NCBI GenBank assembly: GCA_003990765.1
Contig: RBNJ01000322.1
Span: 1 to 33,154 of the forward strand
Reading direction: 5' to 3'
From: Jimgerdemannia flammicorona
Lineage: Eukaryota
DNA length: 33,154 nt
Every line of letters starts with the position of its first letter. The stretch's first letter is position 1. Position numbers and translations under genes: made by a program. Positions 1-10,684 of this stretch are shown piece by piece. The notes under the pieces are model-generated. The model was not told the DNA's origin. It did no database searches and was given only the letters and a program-made list of their open reading frames with translations.

Positions 1-2703
1 AAAAAAAAAAAAAAAAAAAAAGCTTACTGTAATTAAAACTACTCTCGGATCTACCTCATTGTCATATCTCACTGCTCTCCCTACATCCTCAATCCACTCT
101 TTGCTCTTTCCACACCTCACCCAATATCCGGTCGGAAACGCGTCAACAAACGCGAAATGTAACCTCAACGCCGGCAATAGCATGCATTTCTCGTAATTTG
201 GGCCCATTTGTGTACTCTTTCCGAACCCTCGCACCACTGGAGAAATGAACCGCTCAAACGAGGTATCAGCTGCAGGCTCGAGCTGCCGCTTCTGGTGCGT
301 GGTGAGCCGGAGAGCTCGGAGATAGTGTATGAGGTAAATAGAGATGGGATCGGCATTGCGTGACGGTTGGAGAGAGGTCAGCTGACCGTTGTTGAGTTTA
401 CGCTTTTTGGATTTGGTGTGCGGGGTTTCGTCGCCGGCGCCATTGCATGTAATAATAGGAGGCGGCGGCTGGTAGAACTGGAAGAACTCAGTAGTAAAGC
501 GATCAAAAATGGACGATGCTTGGGTCGCGGGGACAGAGTTCGTAACGCAAGAGGAAAATCTATCGAGATAAGCAGAAGACAGTTTTAGAAGACAGCCACA
601 TCCTTCAAGCTTGCAATTGAGATCCAAAGCCGGCAAAACCAGACCCATATACTCACTCTGCCAAAAACGTTCGCGATAATAACGGTTTTCTGAGTACTGT
701 CTCTGCTTTCACCGCGTCAATATCTCTAAAAGCTGTAAGTAATCCATTCATATATACATCAAATTGTCGCCCTTTGGCAAAAGTACGCAGGAGGGTGATG
801 GCGAACGTCTTGCATTCAATCTCTGCTGTGCTTTCCGGCTGTGGGTAAGAAAGAAGCGATGAGAATGCCGAAAACATAGGAAAGCACTGATTATTTTGAC
901 TAGACAAAAAGGCCCACATTGATCATTGGCCCCCACACGACTGGAATATGGGGTTCAACCACGGTGTGATCTATCTGAAGGAGGAGGTTGAGAGAAGCAA
1001 AGATCGAGGATTGGATTCTTGGTGATACTATTTTGTAAGCAAAATGAGAAAACATGGATTCGTCGATCAATTTTCCACACCGAACGATACGGAGGCACAC
1101 AAGTTGATTATATCATATCATAACCATTTTCATACCCGTTGGACTCTTTAGCACGTCTACGAATCGTGCTGCCACCTCCTTCAAGAAAGCGAACTGTTTT
1201 TTCGAGATATCGTCATTGCTGGCCTGGTATACATTCTGCCGTAGCAACTCCGCCAGCATTTTTTTCTGCACCTCAAATCCGCTGGACTCCTCGTGCTGTC
1301 TCGCGATCCGATACAGCTCAAGGAAGAAGCCGAATTCGACCGTTCTCAACGTATCGAGGTGACTTGACCCTTTAGAAGGAAAGACACTTGGCTGTAACTT
1401 GCGGGTTTGGCGGAAGGAGCTGGTAAACAGGGCAAAGAGGAGAGGAAGGGAGGAGAGAACTAAGATAAACATTCAATGAAGGTACGTCAGTTGGTATTAA
1501 ATCAGCCATTGTAAGTAGCATGGCCTTGTAAATTAAAAGCATGAGGAAAATTAGGCATACCATAACGCGGATTCTCGCCCTCTCCCCCCCCGATCAACTC
1601 ATTCAGTTGATCAAACAGCATCTTGTGATGATATGTTTGCCCCTTGTTGGAGACAGATCCTTCCACTACTCCGACTGCCTGCAGTACAACGGCGTATTCG
1701 CTGATAATCTCTCCGTGGAAAAGGCTGTGACCGAGTATGTTTGCGACGAATGTTGTGACGGATTGAGCATTCTTGGTAATATATTCTGGTGCCGAAGGCT
1801 GGGAGAAGATCCAGTGGACTTTTAGGAAAGGGAGAAACATTTTGCTTATAATGATAGTAAAGATCTGAGGGAAGCATGAGCGATTGCGAATTTCAATGTT
1901 AGAATGGAAGTATTTGCATAAGCTAGAGCGGTTAATCTTCCAGAGGATAGTATGGCTCGAAATTGCACCTTTTTCCGGTTTGGCGTTGCTGTGAGCATGC
2001 CATCGAAACCCGGTAACATCTCCTGCGCGAAGCTGACTAATTTTTCCAACAGACTCAATCGTTCGCTGTTCATATTACCATTGCGTCGCGCCGCATTTAA
2101 CTCCCCATATTGATATTCCAGCGCCTCCAATATGTTAAATATTAATGTTGAAAAATGTTCGATGGTCGGTCTGTACGATGCGGACAGCTCTGTGCTTAGG
2201 TAGTGGAAACAAGCTTGGGCGGTTTCAAGGAGTTGGATGGTGTCCGCTGAACCTGATTTTGAGTTGGTAAATCGCTCAACAACCGCGGCGAATGCAAGTA
2301 TTACTGGAACACGAATGGTTGGAAATGAGGAGGAGGATGTATGGGAGTTGCGGTCGTTGAATTTACGTTTCGTCGAGGAGACATAATGCTCCAGAATGTC
2401 TTTGAAGAGGGCCCAATATGCGGCGTGAAGGTATGGCGTTTCTGTCAAAGGGCTAAAGCAATGATAAAGTTTATTAGCCGTTTGCACTTAAAGACGATCA
2501 CAAAAATAAAAGAGACAAGATATCAACCTTTCCGCGTTCTTCCCGACAAACTTAAGCAAGCTGGTGCACAGCCATTCGAGCAAGAACTCGTCTTTGTGCG
2601 GAAAGAAAACAGTTTTGGAGTTCCAAGCCTGGGTAGCAGCGCCAATCTTTTCGTCGACGGAAATAGTGGTAGATTTGAGGGTTCTTGCTATTGCCTGGGC
2701 CAT
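1..2703 (-). CDS. URB2: URB2/Npa2 nucleolar ribosome-biogenesis protein; 5' part only, continues beyond left edge
   Basis: N-terminus MAQAIARTLKSTTISVDEKIGAATQAWNSKTVFFPHKDEFLLEW resembles the URB2 N-terminus (LKS...EDKL..A..AW....F.PNKEQ.LLDW). I could join 7 exons through GT-AG introns in one open frame. The last visible exon ends at 28, followed by a GTAAGC donor. Confidence 0.8.
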
Positions 2704-2823
2704 TTGGAATGGTGAATGAGTTATATTTTTCTTTTTCGCGTTGTGACTTTTATTCAGAATTGCAAGTCACACTTTTTTGTTGATCAAACCCAATTAATTA
2801 ATTAAACTCCCTTCCTTCTTAGC
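2704..2823. promoter_or_regulatory. Compact bidirectional promoter between URB2 and Era
   Basis: Head-to-head ATGs at 2703 (-) and 2824 (+), 120 bp apart. The spacer has an AT-rich palindromic tract, AATTAATTAATT. Confidence 0.6.
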
Positions 2824-4742
2824 ATGGTTTCCAGAGCAACTGTTCCAGCTCTAACCTTGTCCTTTCGGCCATCCACAGTTTCTCAGACCCAAAGATACTA
2901 TGCAATTATGACTCGTGCCAAACGGCGTGCTGGTATCAACGCACCAAATACAACACCACCCCCACCGCCAAAGACATCAATGCCTCCAAAATTGACGCCT
3001 CTGAGCGACACTCAGCAAGAAGTATTAATGACACCAAAGACATCAAGGCCGCCTGAAACTATCGCCTTGGCGAAGTCTATCCATCCGAAGAAAGCCACCT
3101 GGGCCGCCGGAAGGCCACTGATTGGAGCGCTGAAGCCAGTAGGTGAGTCTGATACAACCATACGCTTTGCATACTCTTGCATTACTTAACTGATCCAATA
3201 CAATTCATCTCCTATTGTCGATTCCTCCATTCAGACACGGCATCCCGCATGATTAAAATCCGGACGTCGTTCGAGCAACCACAAAATCCGCACCTCGTCA
3301 AAGTCGCGGTTCTCGGTGCTGCGAATGCAGGTAAATCGACGCTTGTGAATCAAATCGTCGGAGAACAGGTAATTATCATGAAAGGAGATCCCTAGCGGCC
3401 ATTGATGGAGTTGGCATTGATTTCATCCTCTCTTCTTTATAAGATCTCAATCGTTTCCCCCAAAGCACATACGACGCGCGAACGAGTTCTCGCCGTATGT
3501 ACGCAAGATAATAAGCAAATAGTAAGTGACATAGATCGCATTTCCATCTCGAGCCAATTTTCATCCCATAATAATAATATAACCGCATCGACATCGCTTG
3601 CTGTTACTCTTAGGTCTTTCTCGACACCCCTGGCGTGATCCCGGGCCGCAACCGCGCACGCATGAACCGTGAACTTGTGAACGCTTCATGGCATTCACTG
3701 AACGAGGCAGATCATCGTAAATATGACGCTCGAGCGACCATCTCTTGCGCTATTGTTAGATTCCCGCTGTTACAATATTCAGGTCACTGACTCTCGACTT
3801 GGTGACTTCTCTCTGATTAACTCGTCCAGTCATGGTTGTGGTGGACGTGGCAAAGGTGCTGAACGCACCTCACACGTTTTCAGACGACTACCTCTTCGAG
3901 CGGTTACAAGCATATTCAATGCCAGCGACGCTGATAATCAATAAGGTATAAAAGTAAGACGTTTGAGCTCCACGTGGTAAACGGTGAAAGTGGATATTGG
4001 GAGATTCTGAAAATAGAACGCTTATATCACAACACAACACAGATGGATCTCTTAACGAACAAATCAGAAGCTGAATCCGTCGCAAAAAAATTCACTGCAC
4101 TCTATCCGCATTTCAAGCGGACAATATTTGTGTCGGCGTTGGATAAAGCAGGAGATGGATTGTTGGAGGTGAAAGTATGTATATTTTATGTCAGTTTACT
4201 TCTTATGTTCAATGGACAATTTATTGGTTTTGTTAATTCGAGCAAAAAAGGTTTGGTAACCCATTTCATTTTCTTTGTAGGATGGCCTCTTTGCCGAAAC
4301 CGTGTCTCGCGACTGGCTCTTCCCCGCCGATCAGAGAGGCGAGATGTCCGACCTTCGTCGCGTCGAAGAGTTCATCCGGGCCGAATTTTTCAAAAGCTTA
4401 CATCAGTATTTGCCATACATGCTAAAGCAGGTGCGCACTAAAGGAACAATGTTTGAGGTGTGGTTCGTCTAACTTTAAATTCCGGAGGAAGTCTTCGCAC
4501 TTAACTTGTGCTGCTCTCCATCCTTGCCAATTCAGGAAAACGTTGGCTGGACCGACCTTCCCGATGGCTCCCTCCGAATCGATCAAATTGTAATTGTGGA
4601 GCGCGACAGTCAACATAAGATTGTGGTAGGAAGTGATGGGGCCGTGATCCGTAAAGTGACAACTGATGCAAGGCGGGAAATTGGCAAGGCGTTACGCAGG
4701 CGCGTGCAATTGTTTATCCAGGTGAAGACCAGAGGGAAGTAA
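2824..4742 (+). CDS. ERA: Era-family GTPase (ERAL1-like, probably mitochondrial), 8 exons
   Basis: Spliced motifs: G1 GAANAGKS, G2 HTTR, G3 DTPG, G4 NK|MD, G5 VSAL, then a KH-like C-terminus (IVERDSQHKIVVGSDG). The N-terminus is R/S/T-rich with few acidic residues, like a presequence. All introns are GT-AG. Stop TAA ends at 4742. Confidence 0.93.
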
Positions 4743-4946
4743 AGCCAGATCGTAATCGGTTTTAGTCAGGAATCGTTTGCTCTCATACATAGAATCCAAT
4801 TTCAATTGTAATATATCATAGAGAGCTCGCATAAATAGAAGATTTGCGCATTCCTCAATGTTGAAGTGTATGAGCAAAGCAGTGAGTTTATTCTTTCGCA
4901 TCTTTTAATGTACATACGTGACTAGCGGGCTTTGTCCATAATTCAT

Positions 4947-5666
4947 TCAACGGCTTCCCGTCTGCCCCTGATTATATGACACCTGTGCGTTTGCCCTGTT
5001 CGCCAAGGCTTGTTTATGCACTTGCTCCTTCTTGTTCAACACGCTACTATGTCCGTTCACCACTGACAGCAGCTCGGCTCCCAATCGTTCCGGGAATTTT
5101 TTCTCATTCCTCCTTTTCGCAGCCTCGAGAATCCACACGATAGCCTTCCGACGGCGCTGGCGTTCGTTCAGCGGGGCGGGAACTTGGACCACCTTAGAGC
5201 CCTTCCTGGAGGTCGTGATTCTGAGCATAGGTTGCGCGAGCTGGATGGCCTCGTCGAGAACGAGGTACGGGTCAGAGTTTGTTTGCTTACGGATGATGTG
5301 TAGGGAGTCGACAACCAGGCGTTGCGCGTGGGCCTTCTTGCCATCTTTCATGATGATGTTGATGAGATGGGAGAGGAGAGGATCATGGCGGAGAGGAGGG
5401 ATCGGCATCGCGGCGAGGTCATTGGCGGCAAGGTCATTGGCGGCAAGGTCGTTGGCGGCAAGGTCGTTGGCGGCGGCAAGGTCGTTGGAGGCAAGGTCGT
5501 TGGCGGCAACAAGGTCGTTGGCGGCGACAAGGTCGTTGGCGGCGGCAAAGTCGTTGGCGGCAGCGACGGAGGAGGTAACTATGTGACGGGATATGGTCGC
5601 GGCTACGGATGTTTGAGCGAGACGAGGCGCGACTACGCGTAAGGTCGCGAAGAGGCTTGTTGCCAT
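4947..5666 (-). CDS. RSM7: Mitochondrial ribosomal protein uS7 (Rsm7/MRPS7), intronless
   Basis: LINIIMKDGKKAHAQRLV...VQVPAPLNERQRRRKAIVWIL...KKEQVHKQALANRA is a uS7 signature. The likely ATG at 5666 begins a presequence-like MATSLFATLRVVAPRL. Confidence 0.93.
   Translation of the reverse strand: MATSLFATLRVVAPRLAQTSVAATISRHIVTSSVAAANDFAAANDLVAANDLVAANDLASNDLAAANDLAANDLAANDLAANDLAAMPIPPLRHDPLLSHLINIIMKDGKKAHAQRLVVDSLHIIRKQTNSDPYLVLDEAIQLAQPMLRITTSRKGSKVVQVPAPLNERQRRRKAIVWILEAAKRRNEKKFPERLGAELLSVVNGHSSVLNKKEQVHKQALANRANAQVSYNQGQTGSR
5410..5563 (-). repeat. In-frame 15/18-bp coding minisatellite, 10 copies of (V/A)A(A/S)ND(L/F)
   Basis: GGCGGCAAGGTC(G/A)TT units are visible directly, and all unit lengths are multiples of 3. 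Confidence 0.95.
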
Positions 5667-5863
5667 TGTCAAGAATGTTATCGACAAAAATTCGTGGCTT
5701 GGGTCATAGGGCGGCCTATGGTCATGCAGTGATGTGCGCGACCACTTTAGAGGCGAAGGTCGGTGGTCAATGGCGAGGTTGGAACACAACGTGAAAGTGG
5801 TGGTGTGCCTCCAAGCCTCTCAGACTTTCAACATTTACTTTACCAAACACATAAAGTTTTTTA

Positions 5864-5887
5864 TATTATTATTATTATTATTATTAT
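5864..5887. repeat. (TAT)n microsatellite in an AT-rich tract
   Basis: tattattattattattattattat. Confidence 0.9.
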
Positions 5888-5931
5888 ATTTTATTTTATT
5901 TAATAAAAATTTTATTTAAAAAGACCCTTTG

Positions 5932-6027
5932 CAGCTGTATATTTAAAGTGCCCGCCGACCCTTACCACCCGGCACTGTACAGCTATTTACTTAAAGTGCC
6001 CGCCTACCCTAACCACCTTGCACTATT
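5932..6027. repeat. Imperfect 48-bp tandem duplication; each copy has an AGTGC...GCACT inverted pair
   Basis: cagctgtatatttaaagtgcccgccgacccttaccacccggcact versus cagctatttacttaaagtgcccgcctaccctaaccaccttgcact. Confidence 0.85.
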
Positions 6028-6305
6028 TATCTAAAAATAAAATAAAATCTAATTAAAAGAGCCTAAAAATCTAGCCAAAAATCCAGCTTTAAGAATCCAA
6101 CTAAGAGCCCCACAACCACAAGATCAGAGGACGAGTGAAGAACCAAAATAGGCGGCTTTCGTCCGGGCTTATATAGCATTCGCAGGGTTGTGGCGAGTAA
6201 GTTCGAGTCTATGGGATTGTCAGTGTGAAAATTTGTCATGAGAGACCTATGGCTAAGACGTCGCATACGGCACTCGTTCTTGATGATTGACATGGGAGAG
6301 TATAC

Positions 6306-6306
<1 letters not shown>

Positions 6307-6342
<36 letters not shown>

Positions 6343-6402
6343 AACCACCACCCCTTTTTATTATTTTTTTTTATTTCCAAAAAAAAAAAAAAAAAAAAAA
6401 AA
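6307..6402. repeat. Paired poly(A) runs (A35 and A24) with a low-complexity spacer
   Basis: Directly visible. Confidence 0.9.
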
Positions 6403-7698
6403 GGAAAACTTTTTGCCCCTTTGGCCTTTGGATCTAAATTATGTCACAAACTACAGAGAAATGAATGTAGGGAAGAATGTAATGAAAGTGGCCTGAATGA
6501 CGAAATTGTCCTCGACGTGTATACAGCTTATAATTTCGTACCTGAACTGGTAAATAATTATATCTACCTACAGAAGCATAGTAATTAAGGAAAACGTACT
6601 AATTAATAAAGCATACTAAGCTTTATTACGAAAACGTTCGAGACGGGGGGTTCACGTTATTGAGATCAGTCAAACAAGTGACATGTACTATTTATTACCC
6701 GAAGAGAATTCGCCGGCAAGGCAGAATTGGCATAGTCGTCCGAGAAGTGTTGGCCGCATCCTCCGGGAATGTTGGGCCAACATTGTACGAAACAAAACCC
6801 CAGAGACGTTGAATTCAAAGCCGGTACTTGAGCTCTGAGACATTACCATCTTCCACTGCCTTGGCCCCAGTGTCAGGATCGCATGCTTTGTTGAAGGTGT
6901 CGACGATCCTGGTTTCGTGTCATCGGCGGAGGTGTTTTAATGTTGAAATGTCCACATCACAGATGCCAATCCGTCCCCGAACGTCGTCCGTCGCCAAACA
7001 ACCGTTGCCTACCAGCCTCCGAACAACAAAAGATGTGCATCCCTGAGCAAGTCACCGCAATACGTAGGAATAAAAAAAAAAAAACGCGGCAGAAATGACG
7101 ACAGCCGCGAAACGACTCGGCGAACAACAGATGAATGGACACACTGGTGCACCCTGGCAATAGACGTACTTTATTAGTATGGTCGCAATTTTTATAGGTT
7201 AGGGTATAAATCTGTACCTTTGGTGTATATGCTTTTTTTTTTCTCTTCAATAGCCAAGGAGCTTTCGCGCTCACCGATATGTTTTACGTTGGCGTTTCTC
7301 CGTTCACCAAGACTTGTATATGAAGCAATGGCCACTCCCACATGATACGCTGATAGAATGATGATGTGCTGTGCAATCTCAGCAGAACCATGACAGGAAA
7401 AACACGTATGAATTCGGGACTGAAACGGTTGATACAATTTTATTACAGAGATGAGTATGACTATGTAAGGGTAAGATTTTGAGCCAAGTGTTTTTATGCC
7501 ATCGATCAAACCTCAAGAAAGGGAGGACGGAGCGTTCCAATACATGCACAGTACGCAATACAACGAACATGCACCAGAAAACACATGTACTCAAATTCTG
7601 AAATTAATGTCAGATCTCCTATGCACCTACGCCGAGATGATAGTACCTACACCGACACCATCACCACCAATACCATCGCCATCCACGCCACAAATCTT

Positions 7699-9360
7699 TC
7701 ACATCCCATCCCTCTGCACGCCTGCTAGCTCTTCGAGCTCCCTGGCCACCTGACTACCCTCCCCGAACCCAACCGCGACCACCCACTTCGCCACACCGAC
7801 CCACCTCTCGCATTCACGCGCCCTCGCCCCGTCGGTCTCTGTGGGTCCCTTTACTACCCCATTCCACAGGCACTTTGCCAGCGTGAGCGTGTGCAGCCCG
7901 ACCATGGGGTGGTAGCGCGGATACATGAGCAGGTACACGGCCAGCACGTACATGCCCAGCCTCCCCGCCTCGTCCCATGCGTCCTCGGCGATGCGGTCGT
8001 AGAAGAGCCGCGTGGCCGTCACGAGCGTCCGCAGCATCGTTGGGTTGCGCGACACATGTTTTGGGGCCGGGCGGGCGTGGAGGTGGGCGAGGAGCGCGGT
8101 CAAGAGATCGTTGTACGTCGTTTTCGGGGTCGGGGTAGAGTCCGTGATGGATGTTTGGTAGATAGCTGGGACGAGTGTGTTGAGAACGAGAGAGGCGAAG
8201 GCCGGTAGGGTGAGAGGGTTGGATGACGCTAGGATCTGTTGCGGGGTGAGTGCGTCATATTTATTCTGCTCCTGCTTCCATCTTCGAATCTCGGCTTCGA
8301 TCCACTTTTGCGTTGCCGACGGCGTCCCGTTCATCATTTCCTGCGCGCGCTCCAGCTCTGTCTGTGCCTCGCCTAACATCTCGTCCAAGAAAGCGACCCC
8401 GCCGGCCTCTCCCTCGCAACACCTCTCGCACACGCAAGTGAAGAAGTACTTTTCGCGCAGCTTTTGGCGCCTTGCTGCGCGGCCGTTGGCCGGGTCCACG
8501 TACCCGATCACGACCTCCTCCCCTGGCTCCACGTCCTCGATGCACCGTAGCACCTGTGTGGCGCCCTTGTACGCGACCACGGCGTTGGGGCGGCACGAGT
8601 GGTTGAACAGCGAGCCCACCGGATAGGTTCCCTCACCGATGGCGAAGAGCTGAGCGTCATGCACCGCAAAGTTGTTGCACCGGAACCGACACAAGTATGT
8701 CGTCAGGTCAAGCATCGAGAGGTCACAATCCGGGATCGCGTTGAAGACAGGGTTGAGAATCGCGCCCCGGGCCAGCGTCTTGTACCGCGCGATAGTCGAA
8801 GGAGGGTGCAAATCTGCGTGGGACATGAGTGTCGAAAAAGCGGAAAGCGTCACGACCGGCGTTTCCACAGACGGGTCGGTCTGTTGGGCGGCGGGGCCTT
8901 TCTGTGGTGGGGCGAGGACCTTGCGTTGGACGGCAAGGGCGAGAGCGACGCGGACCAGCATCTCCTCGTCGAGCTTGCCATCGCCGTATATCGTGTTGCT
9001 CAAACCAAGATCGTCATTGTCGTTGTCATCGGGGACTGGCTTGGAGTTTGTTTTCGTCGGTATCCTGCAGGTGTACCTGTGCCATTCTTTCCACGCCTCC
9101 GTGAAGCACTCCTTGCCGCAGAACAGGTCGACCTTGCACTTTGAGCATCGTTGCAGCCGATCCGGCTTGAAACAGCGATTGCAATAGTCAGACTTGGTCT
9201 GCGGGAGCGGGATGGCAGCCAGCGGCTGGGAGGTGATGACGGTGGAGCCACGCGAGAAGTGGCGGCGGGCGTGGACGGCGCGAAATTTGGTAGGGTCGCT
9301 GGGGCAGTGGTCGAGCGAGAGGCCGTGGTGGTCTAGGTAGCAGAGGAGGGGGTCGGACAT
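7699..9360 (-). CDS. SET and MYND domain lysine methyltransferase (SMYD-like), intronless
   Basis: MYND zinc finger CNRC...RCSKCK...FCGKECF..AW..WH..TC; SET motifs NNF, FNHSCRPN, EEVVIGY; post-SET YFFTCVCERC; C-terminal YPRYHPMVG helical region. First ATG is at 9360 (the ORF track starts at a GTG at 9453). Confidence 0.92.
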   Translation of the reverse strand: MSDPLLCYLDHHGLSLDHCPSDPTKFRAVHARRHFSRGSTVITSQPLAAIPLPQTKSDYCNRCFKPDRLQRCSKCKVDLFCGKECFTEAWKEWHRYTCRIPTKTNSKPVPDDNDNDDLGLSNTIYGDGKLDEEMLVRVALALAVQRKVLAPPQKGPAAQQTDPSVETPVVTLSAFSTLMSHADLHPPSTIARYKTLARGAILNPVFNAIPDCDLSMLDLTTYLCRFRCNNFAVHDAQLFAIGEGTYPVGSLFNHSCRPNAVVAYKGATQVLRCIEDVEPGEEVVIGYVDPANGRAARRQKLREKYFFTCVCERCCEGEAGGVAFLDEMLGEAQTELERAQEMMNGTPSATQKWIEAEIRRWKQEQNKYDALTPQQILASSNPLTLPAFASLVLNTLVPAIYQTSITDSTPTPKTTYNDLLTALLAHLHARPAPKHVSRNPTMLRTLVTATRLFYDRIAEDAWDEAGRLGMYVLAVYLLMYPRYHPMVGLHTLTLAKCLWNGVVKGPTETDGARARECERWVGVAKWVVAVGFGEGSQVARELEELAGVQRDGM

Positions 9361-9584
9361 GATGCACAGGTCTGCCAGATGGGACGAGAAACGTGGAGAG
9401 ACATACAGAGACATACTACAAGACAACGGTTCCAGTCTTTTGTGAGCAGTCACATTTTAATCTTTTAAACCCTCCCCTACTACACATCTAATTCTCTATC
9501 ATAGTCCCCAATATACACACAACACACACAACCCTCCGTCAGAATTCATAAATATCACACGCTCCATCAGAATTCCGTGAATCA

Positions 9585-10026
9585 TCACTGCGACGCGCTT
9601 TCCGTGCCGCCGATCGGGATTTTGTTCTCCTGCGAAGGCTTGGCGTAGAGCGTCTCCCACCTCTCCCGCCTGGTCCGCTCCAGCTGCTCCTTCCTGCCGC
9701 GACGCTCGTATTGGACGAGGTACCGGTCCGACGAGTGCGCGCCTCCCCCGAGTGCGAAGGCCATGACGATGTAGAACTGTAAAGAATCATGGTAGTGGTC
9801 GGGTTGGGAATGAGACACACCATCGAGTCCAATATCGCACTGGTTGCGAGTAATACAATCGACATACCTTATTAGGGATCCTCGTGGCGCGGTACCAGGG
9901 AACGTACACATGCAACAGCCCCGAGACGCACAACCCAACGATGCCCCACTTGAGCCCGCCAACGGCGAACCCTTTCATGGCGTACGCAGACGCCTCCTCC
10001 TGTTCGGTCTTTGTGACGACACGCAT
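9585..10026 (-). CDS. Small two-TM protein resembling the Rcf2 N-terminus / Rcf3 (respiratory supercomplex factor-like), 2 exons
   Basis: Exon 10026-9868 (MRVVTKTEQEEASAYAMKGFAVGGLKWGIVG...IPNK), intron GTATGT...CAG, exon 9776-9585 (FYIVMAFALGGGAHSSDRYLVQYER...). The start resembles the Rcf2-type pattern M(K/R)(I/V)(L/V)T..E......KG...G. Confidence 0.65.
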
Positions 10027-10684
10027 TGTTCCTTGGTGCTTCGGGTTGATATAAAGACAAATAGAATGGGGGGTGAATTTGAATATTGCAACTCCCGTCC
10101 CGCAACTCCCTTTTATCATTGTTTGCCACTCCGACCACGCCCATCACGTGCCCTGTGACGTATCTCCACGCGAGAACCCGGAAGAGCGGTCGCACCGATG
10201 CGTTCATATCCTTTAATCCGGCGGGTTGACTAATCCAACCACTCGCCTTTACGTATTCGTAAAACAAACAAAGAGGTTCAGGTTGGTGCTTCGCGCGAAA
10301 ACACCTCAGATCGTAAGACGGTCACTGGTCCCTATAAGTTAGAACCAAACCACACTACGATCAGAATCGTGGAAAAAAAAGTGTCATTTCTTGTGTGTTT
10401 TTGGCATGGCGATAGGGTACATCAAAACAATGAAAATATGAAGATAGTGAACGGGCACCAACGTCGAGCAAGGTGGCAAGACAAATTGTGGTGGTACGGA
10501 TGAATACAAATACACAACTGATTAATTAAAATGCAAAACGAGAAGCTGGTCTCCAGCCAACTTCCCAACGGACGAAAGGAGATTTTTCGGGCAAACCTAG
10601 TACTACCATATGAAACCAAGCAATCCAGACGTTTCACGCAAGAACCATGCTTCTCTCTCTCAACTCCTCTTCGCCCTCCGTGTC

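Noticed and set aside
5032..5642. Plus-strand ORFs with AARSL or GGKVV repeats
   Set aside because: Antisense shadows of the uS7 gene and its repeat.
6006..6014. ACCCTAACC as a telomerase-template-like or telomeric motif
   Set aside because: A single 9-mer is expected by chance. It is not conserved in the sister repeat copy and has no supporting structure.
6660..7060. Coding-looking stretch on the minus strand (…IVDTFNKACDPDTGAKAVEDG…) with an in-frame TGA
   Set aside because: It is interrupted by stops, has no recognisable family and no Sec-type motif. It may be a relic, but I cannot support that.
7358..7423. Box C (ATGATGA) and box D (CTGA) snoRNA-like pair
   Set aside because: No terminal stem and no rRNA-complementary guide that I can recognise.
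7891..9336. Multiple plus-strand ORFs over the SMYD gene (likewise over SLA2 and OXP1)
   Set aside because: Antisense shadows of GC-rich coding exons, with no recognisable motifs.
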